A stretch of 64,000 nt of DNA. It comes from Cellvibrionales bacterium. Lineage in GTDB: Bacteria > Pseudomonadota > Gammaproteobacteria > Pseudomonadales > UBA7239. Below, in pieces: positions 1-9,165 of the stretch. The notes beneath the pieces were generated by a model. That model did no database searches, was not told the origin of the DNA, and saw only the letters and a list, made by a program, of their open reading frames with translations. Position numbers and translations under genes: made by a program. The DNA lies in assembly GCA_043769275.1 (NCBI GenBank), contig JAYVJM010000079.1, positions 1,182-65,181 on the forward strand. The letters run 5' to 3'. Position 1 is the first letter of the stretch. The number at the start of each line of letters is the position of its first letter.

Positions 1-212
1 ACAGTCGCCAGCTTGCGCTCCCGCAAAATGCCTCGCACGCGCTGCACGGCGGCACCAGAGGGGATGCGTACACGTATCCAGTCTGGTTTGCGCAAGGCGT
101 TGTCGCTGGCAATTAGATTCGCTTCGCTATGACGAACTTTATCGGCGGAGCGCAATTTTTCGCCAATCTGCACTTTCGGTTTGGCCGTTTTGGCTGGCAT
201 TTGCTCACTCAT
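1..212 (-). CDS. lipA: lipoyl synthase LipA, N-terminal fragment (gene continues past the left window edge)
   Basis: My own minus-strand translation from the ATG at 212-210 gives MSEQMPAKTAKPKVQIGEKLRSADKVRHSEANLIASDNALRKPDWIRVRIPSG..., which matches the conserved LipA N-terminus (LRKPxW..v.iP). The start overlaps the lipB stop. The dacA-ybeD-lipB-lipA order matches E. coli. Confidence 0.8.
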   Translation of the reverse strand, partial: MSEQMPAKTAKPKVQIGEKLRSADKVRHSEANLIASDNALRKPDWIRVRIPSGAAVQRVRGILRERKLAT

Positions 213-984
213 AAGGTGCTCGGGGAGAAGTCGGGGCACTTGCTATAACCAGTGGCGCGTAGCTAATTTCAGTGTAGTGAAAGATACGCGCCATTTGCGC
301 CACCACGCGCTGTTCAATGACTCTACGTGTCGGCATCTCAGCCAGCAAGTCGAGCAGTCGCGTGGTTTTTTGACCGACATAACCACAGGGGTTGATGCCG
401 ATAAAGGCAGATAAATCGGTGCTGATGTTAAGTGCCGCGCCGTGGTAGCAACCCAGCTTACGCAAACGCAAACCCAATGCGGCTATTTTGACTTCAGCAC
501 CATTGTGCAGAACGTAGACACCAGGTGCTTCACGGCGCGTGTATGCACTTACATTGATGTCGGCCAGCACGGCAATTAGCACCTGCTCTAGCTTATTGAC
601 CAGTGCATGAGCGCCAAGTTGCATGCGCACCGCATCAAACAGGGTATAAATCATTAGCTGGCCTGGGCCGTGGTAGCTTACTTGGCCGCCTCTATCTGTT
701 TGTACGACGGGAATCGTGCCGGTTCTGAGCAAGTGCTCTGCCTTGCCTGCTTGTCCCTGTGTATAGACGGGCTGGTGTTCCAACAGCCACAGCTCGTCGT
801 GGGCGTTGGGAAGGCGGTTCTGGGTGAATTGACGCATGGCATGCCAGACTGGCTCGTACGCCAATGTTTGATAAGAAGAACGAACAAGCAATTTTAACGG
901 GGCAGTACTTGATGTGTGATGCGGAGTTGCGCGGGTTGTTGAGTGGGTGGGCGATCCGGCCGAATCTACGTCTATTGATGCCAT
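205..984 (-). CDS. lipB: octanoyltransferase LipB
   Basis: ORF 205..987. It carries LWLLEHQPVYTQGQAGKAEHLL and GGQVSYHGPGQLMIYTL, typical of LipB. The ATG at 984-982 overlaps the ybeD stop (TGATG); a GTG one codon upstream is also possible. The N-terminus is about 30 aa longer than in E. coli LipB. Confidence 0.9.
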   Translation of the reverse strand: MASIDVDSAGSPTHSTTRATPHHTSSTAPLKLLVRSSYQTLAYEPVWHAMRQFTQNRLPNAHDELWLLEHQPVYTQGQAGKAEHLLRTGTIPVVQTDRGGQVSYHGPGQLMIYTLFDAVRMQLGAHALVNKLEQVLIAVLADINVSAYTRREAPGVYVLHNGAEVKIAALGLRLRKLGCYHGAALNISTDLSAFIGINPCGYVGQKTTRLLDLLAEMPTRRVIEQRVVAQMARIFHYTEISYAPLVIASAPTSPRAPYE

Positions 985-1280
985 CACAGTACCATTTTGA
1001 CTCGTTCGTGCGCTTTTAAATCGTCAAAAATAGCCTGCAACTGTTCAATGCCTGTGGCGGTTATCGTCACGGTTAGCGCTTGGTAATTTCCGCCGCCGCT
1101 ATCGCGGATGGTGATATCCGTTTCGGCAATGTCACCCGCATGACGCTCCAAAATAGCGCGTGTGGCGACGTGAAAATCTTCACCCGCTATTCCCATTACT
1201 TTAATGGGGTAGCGGCAAGGAAATTCAATTTTAGGTAGCGCTTGTACGGGCTGATCTGCGGGGGGGGATTGCTGGCTCAT
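984..1280 (-). CDS. ybeD: YbeD-like small protein (DUF493/UPF0250)
   Basis: The 98-aa ORF contains FPCRYPIKVMG and sits between dacA and lipB, as in enterobacteria. Confidence 0.85.
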   Translation of the reverse strand: MSQQSPPADQPVQALPKIEFPCRYPIKVMGIAGEDFHVATRAILERHAGDIAETDITIRDSGGGNYQALTVTITATGIEQLQAIFDDLKAHERVKMVL

Positions 1281-1303
1281 GTCAGCATTTCTCGCGTGTT
1301 ATA

Positions 1304-2485
1304 TTAGGTTTTTATGCCGAAAAGCGTTGAGAAGCTCAACTTTAGGGTGTCCCATATCACTCGGAAAATGTTCCCGCGCGGCACATCCGCTTCTGCGACA
1401 GCGTCGACACTGTAAAGTATTTTGCCTTCGTGCATGATATTCACTTGCCCTACTTTTTGCCCCTTGTTAATGGGTGCTATCAGCGGATTATCAATACGCA
1501 CATCAGGGGTGAGGTCACTTGCGATATTGCGCAGGACGGTCATACTCACGGCTTGTGCAGGGATCACTGCAACGGAATCTTCCTTGCCCTTCCATACACG
1601 CGGTGTAGCCAATACGCTGTTTGCGGCAAAAAACACTCTGGTTTGAAAGTAACGATAGCCGTAATTAAGCAGTGATTCGCTCTGCGCTTCGCGCTCTTTG
1701 ATGCTGGGCGCACCCATTACCACGGATACCAAACGCATGCCATCTCGAACGGCGGATGCGACCAAACAATAACCCGCGCCATCGGTATGGCCTGTTTTCA
1801 GGCCGTCAACAGTGGGGTCTGTCCATAGCAGACCGTTTCGGTTGACCTGTTTAATTTTGTTGTATGTAAACTCCCTTTCTTTATGTAGTGCGTAGTCTCG
1901 CTGGTGGGTAATAGCACGCGCCAATAGTGCTAAGTCGCGGGCAGTTGTGTAGTGATTGGGGTCGTCTAGGCCGTGCGGATTAACGAAGTGGGTATTGTTC
2001 ATGCCGAGCGCCTTGGCGTTTTGATTCATTATGTCAGCAAAGGCGGTTTCAGTGCCGGCAACGTGTTCCGCTACCGCGACGGTAGCGTCATTGCCTGAAG
2101 AAATGACGATGCCACGGTGTAAGTCTTGGATAGATACCGGCTTGTCCGGCGCAATAAACATCAGTGAGGAGCCATTAAATTTGGCCCCGAAAAGCGGATT
2201 TTGCGACCAAGCATTTTTGCTGATCGTCACCATGTCCTCATTGTGTACGCGACCTGCCTCCAATTCCCGCCCTAAGACGTAACTGGTCATCAACTTGGTT
2301 AGGCTCGCTGGCGGCAGCTTTTCGTCGGCGCCGTGCTCCAACATAACGGTGCCTGTGTTGGCATCCAACAACAACCACGATTTGGCATTTAACTGCGGCG
2401 GCGCAGGTATAGCGTCAACGGCAAAAGCAAAAGTACCGCTCAATAAAAGGTAGGCAGCCGTCAGCAGGTGGGGCAATAATTTCAT
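1304..2485 (-). CDS. dacA: D-alanyl-D-alanine carboxypeptidase (PBP5/6 class, DacA-like)
   Basis: It has the SxxK motif (ASLTKLMT), the SGN motif (SSGNDA) and KTG (LKTGHT). I set the start at internal M42 (MKLLPHLLTAAYLLLSGTFAFA, a signal peptide) at 2485. The longer track ORF reaches 2608. Confidence 0.9.
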   Translation of the reverse strand: MKLLPHLLTAAYLLLSGTFAFAVDAIPAPPQLNAKSWLLLDANTGTVMLEHGADEKLPPASLTKLMTSYVLGRELEAGRVHNEDMVTISKNAWSQNPLFGAKFNGSSLMFIAPDKPVSIQDLHRGIVISSGNDATVAVAEHVAGTETAFADIMNQNAKALGMNNTHFVNPHGLDDPNHYTTARDLALLARAITHQRDYALHKEREFTYNKIKQVNRNGLLWTDPTVDGLKTGHTDGAGYCLVASAVRDGMRLVSVVMGAPSIKEREAQSESLLNYGYRYFQTRVFFAANSVLATPRVWKGKEDSVAVIPAQAVSMTVLRNIASDLTPDVRIDNPLIAPINKGQKVGQVNIMHEGKILYSVDAVAEADVPRGNIFRVIWDTLKLSFSTLFGIKT

Positions 2486-2818
2486 TGTAAATCCAAGGGT
2501 GGCGTGACAGGTTGGCGGGTATTGTAGTCGTCCACTGCACAAACATGCACTATTTGCGGCATTGATTATAACCGAACAAACCGGTAAGTTGTGCGATCCT
2601 TGATTCACAGTGTTTTGCTTGGGCTACTCTTTTTTTTGTGTGGAAGCATGGAAATCATGAGCCACTTTATCGATCCGGCCCAGCGGCAAAAACGATCACT
2701 AAGCAAAAATGTAAACATAGATGGATCGGCGTAGTTATGAGCGCTTGGAAGCTTATTGGCACGCCGCACAGCACCAGAAGGAATAAGCTCAACAGACACA
2801 CTGAAGAGAACATCATTG

Positions 2819-3406
2819 ATGACGACAGCGGCAAACGCTCGTGAAATTGATAAGCAGCTCGTGCTGCGGGTACAGCATGGTGATAAACGTTGTTTTGATC
2901 TGTTAGTACTAAAATACCAGCATAAAGTGCTCGGTTTGGTCTGCAGTTTTGTACGCGATCACACAGAAGCCGAGGATGTAACGCAAGAGGTGTTTATCAA
3001 AGCCTATCGCTCTATCAACAACTTTCGGGGCGATAGTGCTTTTTATACGTGGCTGTACCGTATTGCCGTCAACGCCGCGAAAAACGCTTTGGATGCGCGC
3101 AAACGCAGACCCAGCGCTGATGTAGATATCGACAATATCGAACAACTTAACACCAACGAGCAATTTACAACCGAGGAAGACCCTGAGAATTTGTTGGCAG
3201 GGCAAGACTTACAGCGTGTTGTCGAGGCTTCTCTTGCGGCTTTGCCGGAAGAGCTGCGCCGTGCTCTCATGTTGCGTGAATTTGAGGGGCTTCCCTATGA
3301 ATATATCGCGAGGATCATGGGGTGCCCAATGGGCACGGTACGATCGCGTATTTTTCGGGCGCGTGAGGCCATAGACCGTGCGGTTCAGCCGCTACTGGAA
3401 AGGTAG
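2819..3406 (+). CDS. rpoE: ECF sigma factor RpoE/AlgU (sigma-24)
   Basis: It is near-colinear with E. coli RpoE: LVLRVQHGDKRCFDLLVLKYQHKV, FRGDSAFYTWLYRIAVN, GTVRSRIFRAREAIDRAVQPLL. I set the start at the ATG at 2819 (MTTAANAREID...), preceded by GAAGAG. Confidence 0.92.
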   Translation: MTTAANAREIDKQLVLRVQHGDKRCFDLLVLKYQHKVLGLVCSFVRDHTEAEDVTQEVFIKAYRSINNFRGDSAFYTWLYRIAVNAAKNALDARKRRPSADVDIDNIEQLNTNEQFTTEEDPENLLAGQDLQRVVEASLAALPEELRRALMLREFEGLPYEYIARIMGCPMGTVRSRIFRAREAIDRAVQPLLER

Positions 3407-3462
3407 CCGCCAATAACCAAGCACAAGATAACAACCCAACCATTGGTGTTGACGGAGCATTG

Positions 3463-5127
3463 CTACCGTAGAGCCTCGTCAGCCTTGCGCACCCAAGGCG
3501 ACGACTTTCCTTTAAGGTGTTCTGTCAGTTGATTTTTGGCAGCCATTGCCGCTTCTTGATTGGGGAAGGCACCGTAGACTAATACATGCCACAGCTTGCC
3601 TTCATGCAGGGACTTGTAAATCAGATGTGGCTGCTTTTGGGGTAACTTCGCAGCCAAGGCGGCCATGCCGCCATCGCCATAAGCCGCAGCCAACTGCACT
3701 GTGTAGTAGTCGCGCGGCAATGACTTCCAGTCTTTTTGTGTGACAGGCATCAGCTCTTTTCTTGTTTTTGATTTCGCGCTAGTCGATGTTTTCGCTGTGT
3801 CTAGCTTATTTGCCGATGCTCGGTGCGCCTGTTTTTCTATTTGCTGCGAGGCTGCGCGGTGCGGCGTGACGGGTAGCTGCGCTATTTTTAATGAAGCCTC
3901 TGTAGCACCACTTGTCAAAACTAAAGGTTTGGGTTTGGGTTTGGGTTTGTGCTCGGTAGAGCCCGCCGTATCTTTATGCCGCTTGGGAGCCGTGGCCTCT
4001 TTAACTGGTTGCTGTGAAATAGCCACGCTGTTGGGGGCTTCCGGCACCAAACGTGCTCCTGATGCGGCGCTACTACCCACAGACATTGGCAAGTTTCCAA
4101 TGCCTTGCACCGCCTGGCTTAGGTCTGTGTGCGTTTCTCTTGGGTAATAAAGCCAGCCCGTTAGCAGCAGGCCGATCAACACGGCAAGAGCCACAAGCAG
4201 TTGTGGCCATGTCGGCATCGGCGTTTTGCGTGACGCTAAGGTAAAGCGCGCTTCTGTGTTCGGTAAATGCGCAGTCGGCAGCAATATACTAGCATCTAAG
4301 GTCGGCTCTCGGCGGGCGGCGTATCGATTGGCCGGCTTCGGCTCCGCATGCCTAAAATGGCCACGCGTAGCCGTTATTGCGCTGTCACTTGGTGCGTAGT
4401 CAACCGTGCTGCTCGCGTTAAATGCGCTGTCTTCATATACCGTGTCATGAAAGGGGTCGGCGTGAAATGCGCGTCCATCAGAGGGGTCGGCGACCTCGAA
4501 GAGGGAGCGGTGCGCCGACTCGCACAGCACAGCCTCCTCTGGCACAGCCTCTTCAGGCGCATCCATTTGTGGCGGAACCGGATTTGTCGATGGGTCTTCT
4601 GCCAGTACATCAATGCGCTGCACGGGGATCTCCATCTGTTGTGCGAGAGAGAGCAGCGAGCGCGTATCCAATACACCGGCAAACAGCACGGTGAGCCGAC
4701 TGTGGCGAGCCATCAATTCCAACAAAAGCTGACTGGCTTCTTCACGAAGTACAGCCGTACGCTCTATCACCACAAGTGCCATACGTGCACTGTGCGCCAC
4801 AAGATCGAGATACTCATGGATGCGCTGAAGGTCTGACTTGCCATCTCCGTGTGCGCAATAGATTGACCATTGCTGGATCAGCGCCGCGGTCACGTGTTCT
4901 ATATCGGCGCAACCATGTTCTTGCAAGGAAAAGCCCAGCAAAGCCACATGTAATTCGTTACGTAACAGGCTCGACATGTGTCGTAAAAATGTTATTGGGC
5001 TTTTGCCTGTCTCGCCAGACAACAAGATAAGCCCTGGGGCATGGCGGCAGATATGCACTACGCGTTCAATAATCTCCACGCGCTGCGTGCCATGTACCGA
5101 CATCTCCAATGGCTCATTCATAGTCAA
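3463..5127 (-). CDS. DamX-like SPOR-domain protein with N-terminal ATPase-like domain
   Basis: The C-terminus looks like a SPOR domain (YYTVQLAAAYGDGG...LWHVLVYGAFPNQEAAMAAKNQL). There is one central TM segment (WPQLLVALAVLIGLLLTGWLYY) and an N-terminal Walker-A-like SGETGKS. It lies directly downstream of aroB, as damX does in E. coli. Confidence 0.75.
   Translation of the reverse strand: MTMNEPLEMSVHGTQRVEIIERVVHICRHAPGLILLSGETGKSPITFLRHMSSLLRNELHVALLGFSLQEHGCADIEHVTAALIQQWSIYCAHGDGKSDLQRIHEYLDLVAHSARMALVVIERTAVLREEASQLLLELMARHSRLTVLFAGVLDTRSLLSLAQQMEIPVQRIDVLAEDPSTNPVPPQMDAPEEAVPEEAVLCESAHRSLFEVADPSDGRAFHADPFHDTVYEDSAFNASSTVDYAPSDSAITATRGHFRHAEPKPANRYAARREPTLDASILLPTAHLPNTEARFTLASRKTPMPTWPQLLVALAVLIGLLLTGWLYYPRETHTDLSQAVQGIGNLPMSVGSSAASGARLVPEAPNSVAISQQPVKEATAPKRHKDTAGSTEHKPKPKPKPLVLTSGATEASLKIAQLPVTPHRAASQQIEKQAHRASANKLDTAKTSTSAKSKTRKELMPVTQKDWKSLPRDYYTVQLAAAYGDGGMAALAAKLPQKQPHLIYKSLHEGKLWHVLVYGAFPNQEAAMAAKNQLTEHLKGKSSPWVRKADEALR
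3926..3949 (-). repeat. hexanucleotide tandem repeat (GGTTTG)x4 encoding KPKPKPKP in the DamX-like linker
   Basis: Read directly: ggtttg ggtttg ggtttg ggtttg. The protein shows HKPKPKPKPLV. Confidence 0.9.
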
Positions 5128-5141
5128 AGTATCCTGTTGCG

Positions 5142-6218
5142 CTAGCGGCAGGCGGTAATCGCCGATGCAATTTGCGCCAGTGTAATGTGCTCTGCAATCA
5201 TTGCCCTGCCTATAGCTTCCAGCAAAATCAATCGCATGCGGCCATCTATCACCTTTTTATCACGCTGCATATAGTCAATGAGCTGCTCGTTGCTCATCGC
5301 TGCTGGGGGTCTTATCGGCAAGCTCGCACGGGTAAACAGGCGAGGAATCCGCTCGGCATCGGCTGCGCTTATCAAGCCCATCTGGCAAGACATCGTTCCT
5401 GCCATCACCATGCCTACCGCAATCGCTTCACCGTGCAGCCAGTCGCAGTATCCTTGGCAAGATTCAATAGCATGCCCAAAAGTATGGCCTAGATTGAGTA
5501 AAGCGCGCAGGCCAGTTTCGGTTTCATCTGCCGCGACCACTGCGGCTTTATTCCGGCAAGACCGCTCTATGGCAAAAATCAACGAATCGGCATCGCGCGC
5601 CAGCAGCTTGTCTAGGTGCTTTTCCAGCCAGTTAAAGAACTCCACATCTGTGATTAAACCATACTTGATGACTTCCGCTAACCCTGCACGAAACTCTCGA
5701 TCTGGCAAAGTGGCGAGCGTGTCAATATCAATCAGCACACAAGCTGGCTGATGAAATGCCCCTATCATGTTTTTGCCAAGGGCGTGATTAATGGCAGTTT
5801 TACCGCCCACAGACGAATCAACCTGCGCGAGCAATGTGGTTGGAATCTGTATGAATTTTACGCCGCGTTGGTAGCTGGCCGCCGCAAAGCCTGTCGTATC
5901 ACCTACAACACCGCCACCCAGCGCAATCAACGTGGTTGTACGCCCGTGTTTTTCTGTGAGCAGCGCATCAAAAATCAGGTTGAGCGTGGCCAGATTTTTG
6001 TGTTGTTCACCGTCAGGTAAAATCACTTCGGAACACGAATATCCGCTAAATAAGGACTTGATTTTTTCGAGATACAGCGGGGCGACAGTGGTGTTGCTGA
6101 CTATCATAATTTGCTTTCCGTGCACGTGCTGAGTGAGCAGCGCGCCTTGCGTTAGCAGTCCGGAGCCGATATATATCGGGTAGCTACGCGCACCTAAATC
6201 AAGAGAAAGAGTCTGCAT
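5142..6218 (-). CDS. aroB: 3-dehydroquinate synthase
   Basis: 358 aa, with [45 protein letters not shown] and HTFGHAIE, typical of AroB. Confidence 0.95.
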   Translation of the reverse strand: MQTLSLDLGARSYPIYIGSGLLTQGALLTQHVHGKQIMIVSNTTVAPLYLEKIKSLFSGYSCSEVILPDGEQHKNLATLNLIFDALLTEKHGRTTTLIALGGGVVGDTTGFAAASYQRGVKFIQIPTTLLAQVDSSVGGKTAINHALGKNMIGAFHQPACVLIDIDTLATLPDREFRAGLAEVIKYGLITDVEFFNWLEKHLDKLLARDADSLIFAIERSCRNKAAVVAADETETGLRALLNLGHTFGHAIESCQGYCDWLHGEAIAVGMVMAGTMSCQMGLISAADAERIPRLFTRASLPIRPPAAMSNEQLIDYMQRDKKVIDGRMRLILLEAIGRAMIAEHITLAQIASAITACR

Positions 6219-6271
6219 TACGCACCTGAATAATAAGCGAAAAAACAGGGCAATTTATCACAGGAACGCCG

Positions 6272-7933
6272 TTACTGGCGCGCTGGCTGCGGCCTCCTAA
6301 ACAAGGCGATCAGAGACGCAAGCCACGGTGCAGCCAATAGCAGCACTGCCACACTCCAAACTGTACTTTCAACGCTGCAACCGAGTGCCCACCAGGCGAA
6401 AACGGCACTGGTCAGCATCAGTAAAGCCAGCCACGCCTCTTCCGCGCCGCGCACCAGCGAGCGATGACGCCAGTTAATCCAGCCTAAGATCAATGAAAAA
6501 GCAGCGGGTACCAGCAGGAAAATATCAGGTACATCTCGATGGCGAGCACTGACAGCCAATGTGAGCGTTAATGCTGCCACAGGAAAAGCGACGGCAAAAT
6601 GCAGAGAACTAATTTGCGTAGCATTGTTTGAAAGCAATCCAGTAATGCGACGACGTGCAGCCCCGTCGCCTGCACATTGGCCGATAGCACGAAAGATATT
6701 CCGCAATGGAGCCGGCTTTTCTGCAACCCAAGCCCGCATGCCGCGTGCGAAAAAATCCAAGATGGCAAGGCCGGTTAATAGCGTCAGTAGCCATGCGCCG
6801 CAATAGAGGCCGGCTGCCAGCCAGCCCAGCACCACGTCCTTTGCGTAACAAAAACCGACGAGCAGGACAGTGCCTAATGCTTGGGCACTGAGTGCCACCG
6901 GAAACAGTCGGCACGTTGTGGTGGCACGGAAAGTGGCGATGCTGCCCATAAGCAGGCCGAGGAGTACAGCAATCCCCGCCAATATTCGCCACTGCGGCCA
7001 TTCGCTGACAGGGCCTGTTAATGGAAACTTTTGTTCGCGCTCCGCGGTCAATAGCCCCCAATAACCGCCAGCAGTGCCTTCATCTGCCCGCTTCCAAGGT
7101 TGATCAAGTGCCTCAATGAGGTTGTACTGTACGCCGAGCCGATGAGCCTCCTGAATAAAACCGCGGATAAAGCGCGCTTCGTCAACTCGGCTCGCATGAG
7201 CCGCCCCTCGGGAAGGGCCGACACTGGGCCAGCCCGTTTCACCTAACATAATTTTTTTATCAGGAAACGCCGAAATAAACTTTTTTAGCTCTCGATGCAA
7301 CTGTCCAATCGCCTTGCTGACATCGGGTGCAGGATCACCCCAATAAGGCAAGATATGCACTAAAAGCGTATCTACTGATTTGGCGACATCCGGATAAAGC
7401 ATCCAGAAGTCATAAACCTCCGCATAGGCCACCGGCACAGGAGACTGCGCACGCACGCTATTGATGAGGGTAATCAGGCGGCTGGCTGGTAGATCGCGGC
7501 GCAATAAAACCTCATTGCCCACCACGAGGAGTTTGATTGTTTCTGGATAGCGGGCGGTCAGGGCAAGCGCTGCGGCAACCTGTTCTGCATTGCTTTTCTC
7601 ATTGCTGGATATCCATATGCCCAACAATATATGGAAGCCATAACGCTCGGCCACTGCCAGCACATCGGGGGCAGAACCCATACTGCTGTATAGCCGCAAG
7701 CAGTTTGTGAGCGGCCGGAGTGCTTTCATGTCTGCATCAAGCGTCGCCGCTGAAACATGGTCTTTTTCGAGACGCGGGTCACTACCGATCTCAAACGCGG
7801 TGTAAGAGAGGCAATCAAAATGAGCATCGGGCACATCCGGTAGCGTCACCACTCGCCCGAGCCAAGCCCATAAGCCGATATTGACGACAATAGCCAAGGC
7901 TGTTGCCGTTAAACAGAAGATAGCTTTTTTCAT
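6272..7933 (-). CDS. GH17-family beta-1,3-glucanase/transglycosylase domain fused to a C-terminal polytopic membrane domain (NdvC-like)
   Basis: It has an N-terminal TM anchor, then the GH17 signatures VVGNEVLLR (acid/base Glu region) and MLGETGWPS (nucleophile Glu motif). The last ~250 aa form about six hydrophobic helices. I set the start at MKKAIFCL (7933); the track ORF starts at 7948. Confidence 0.7.
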   Translation of the reverse strand: MKKAIFCLTATALAIVVNIGLWAWLGRVVTLPDVPDAHFDCLSYTAFEIGSDPRLEKDHVSAATLDADMKALRPLTNCLRLYSSMGSAPDVLAVAERYGFHILLGIWISSNEKSNAEQVAAALALTARYPETIKLLVVGNEVLLRRDLPASRLITLINSVRAQSPVPVAYAEVYDFWMLYPDVAKSVDTLLVHILPYWGDPAPDVSKAIGQLHRELKKFISAFPDKKIMLGETGWPSVGPSRGAAHASRVDEARFIRGFIQEAHRLGVQYNLIEALDQPWKRADEGTAGGYWGLLTAEREQKFPLTGPVSEWPQWRILAGIAVLLGLLMGSIATFRATTTCRLFPVALSAQALGTVLLVGFCYAKDVVLGWLAAGLYCGAWLLTLLTGLAILDFFARGMRAWVAEKPAPLRNIFRAIGQCAGDGAARRRITGLLSNNATQISSLHFAVAFPVAALTLTLAVSARHRDVPDIFLLVPAAFSLILGWINWRHRSLVRGAEEAWLALLMLTSAVFAWWALGCSVESTVWSVAVLLLAAPWLASLIALFRRPQPARQ

Positions 7934-7948
7934 GCGGACATCAAGCAC

Positions 7949-8350
7949 TTACTTAACAACACGAAGCGCCGGTCTTCCTTGCGTGCCAGTTTTTGGGGTT
8001 TCTGGCGGCGGCAAATTTGAGTCTTGCTCTGGCTCAAACATCATGCCGCGCCCATTTTCTCGCGCGTAAATGCCCAAAACAGCATGTATAGGCACATAAA
8101 TATCAGTCGATATTCCAGCGAAACGCGCGTTAAAAAATACAGATGTTTTGTCTATCAATAAATCAGCGACCGCAGATGGCGCGATATTTAGAACAATTTG
8201 GCCATCTTTTACGTATTGTTGCGGAACCGTCACATCATGCTCCATCGCATTCACGACGATGTGCGGCGTGCAGTCACTGTCGAGTATCCACTCATACAGA
8301 GCGCGCAATAAATAAGGCTTACTGGACTGCATTGCAGTAGGGTCTTTCAT
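7949..8350 (-). CDS. sspB: ClpXP adaptor / stringent starvation protein B
   Basis: KPYLLRALYEWILDSDCTPHIVV matches the SspB N-terminus. It follows sspA. The ATG at 8350 is preceded by AAGGGG. Confidence 0.9.
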   Translation of the reverse strand: MKDPTAMQSSKPYLLRALYEWILDSDCTPHIVVNAMEHDVTVPQQYVKDGQIVLNIAPSAVADLLIDKTSVFFNARFAGISTDIYVPIHAVLGIYARENGRGMMFEPEQDSNLPPPETPKTGTQGRPALRVVK

Positions 8351-8400
8351 GCAATCCAACCCCTTGTTTTCAAAGCTTGTGCCACGCGAGAGTCAACCAC

Positions 8401-9048
8401 TTATTTTGATTCTGCACGGTCAGGACGCATATCCTTTTCCTGATCGCTTAAGCTGGCACGGAAAGCGCGGCGCTTGAACATACGTTCCATATAGTCAAAC
8501 AAAGGTTTTGTCTGTTTATTGTTTGGTATGTCGACATTCAGAGCCGGCAGCCGCCACAAAATAGGCACGAGACAGCAATCAACCAAAGTCAGCTCATCAT
8601 TCATGAAATACGGCTTTTCATTAAACACGGGCGCAATGGCCATCAATGTTTCTTTGAGCTCTTTAGCGGCTTTTGCCGCGCTCGCTTTATCCCCGTTTTC
8701 AATCGTTTTAATGAGCACGTCCCAATCACGCTCCATGCGTCGATGCAGCAAGCGAGTTTGCGCTCTTGTAACGGGATACACAGGCAGCAGCGGGGGATGC
8801 GGGAAACGCTCGTCAAGGTATTCCATCATGACCCAAGCGTCATACAGCGCAAGATCACGATCGACAAGCGTTGGCAGGCTATTATAGGGATTGTGTTCTG
8901 ACACCTCTTCGGGCACGCGGGAAGGATGTGTGTCAATAATTTCTACGGTGATATCTTTTTCTGCCAGCACAATACGCACGCAATGGCTGTGGTGATTACT
9001 TCCATCCGAAAACAGCGCCATAGTCGAACGACGAGTCACTACTGCCAT
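8401..9048 (-). CDS. sspA: stringent starvation protein A (GST-like)
   Basis: It is colinear with E. coli SspA (MAV...RS.M.LFS, MEYLDERFPHPPLLPVYPV, LVDCCLVPILWRLP). AGGAG lies upstream of the ATG at 9048. Confidence 0.95.
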   Translation of the reverse strand: MAVVTRRSTMALFSDGSNHHSHCVRIVLAEKDITVEIIDTHPSRVPEEVSEHNPYNSLPTLVDRDLALYDAWVMMEYLDERFPHPPLLPVYPVTRAQTRLLHRRMERDWDVLIKTIENGDKASAAKAAKELKETLMAIAPVFNEKPYFMNDELTLVDCCLVPILWRLPALNVDIPNNKQTKPLFDYMERMFKRRAFRASLSDQEKDMRPDRAESK

Positions 9049-9165
9049 ATCAATCTCCTACAAAATAGTAAAATTTCTTTAACTGCTATGTATCAGCCAG
9101 CTACCTAATTAATAATGAATGTAGGCAATTACATATTTAATTGCGCGCCGACCCATCAGCACCGA

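Noticed and set aside
2782-2811. A sigma-E-type autoregulatory promoter candidate (GGAATAA, ~16-nt spacer, CTGAA) lies upstream of rpoE.
   Set aside because: The -35 lacks the critical AAC. The putative -10 overlaps the GAAGAG ribosome-binding region only ~10 nt from the ATG, leaving no room for a leader. The match is probably chance.
3740-4836. Plus-strand ORFs 3740..4147, 4348..4836 and 4422..4694 lie inside the DamX-like gene.
   Set aside because: They are antisense to a gene with clear domain support (SPOR, TM). Their Cys/Arg-rich composition is typical of non-coding frames in GC-rich DNA.
6561-7242. Multiple overlapping ORFs on both strands (for example 6609..7061 and 6706..6891) lie within the GH17-membrane gene.
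   Set aside because: They are Arg/Cys/Pro-rich alternative frames of a GC-rich membrane-domain coding region. The long minus-strand frame alone has coherent TM helices and catalytic motifs.
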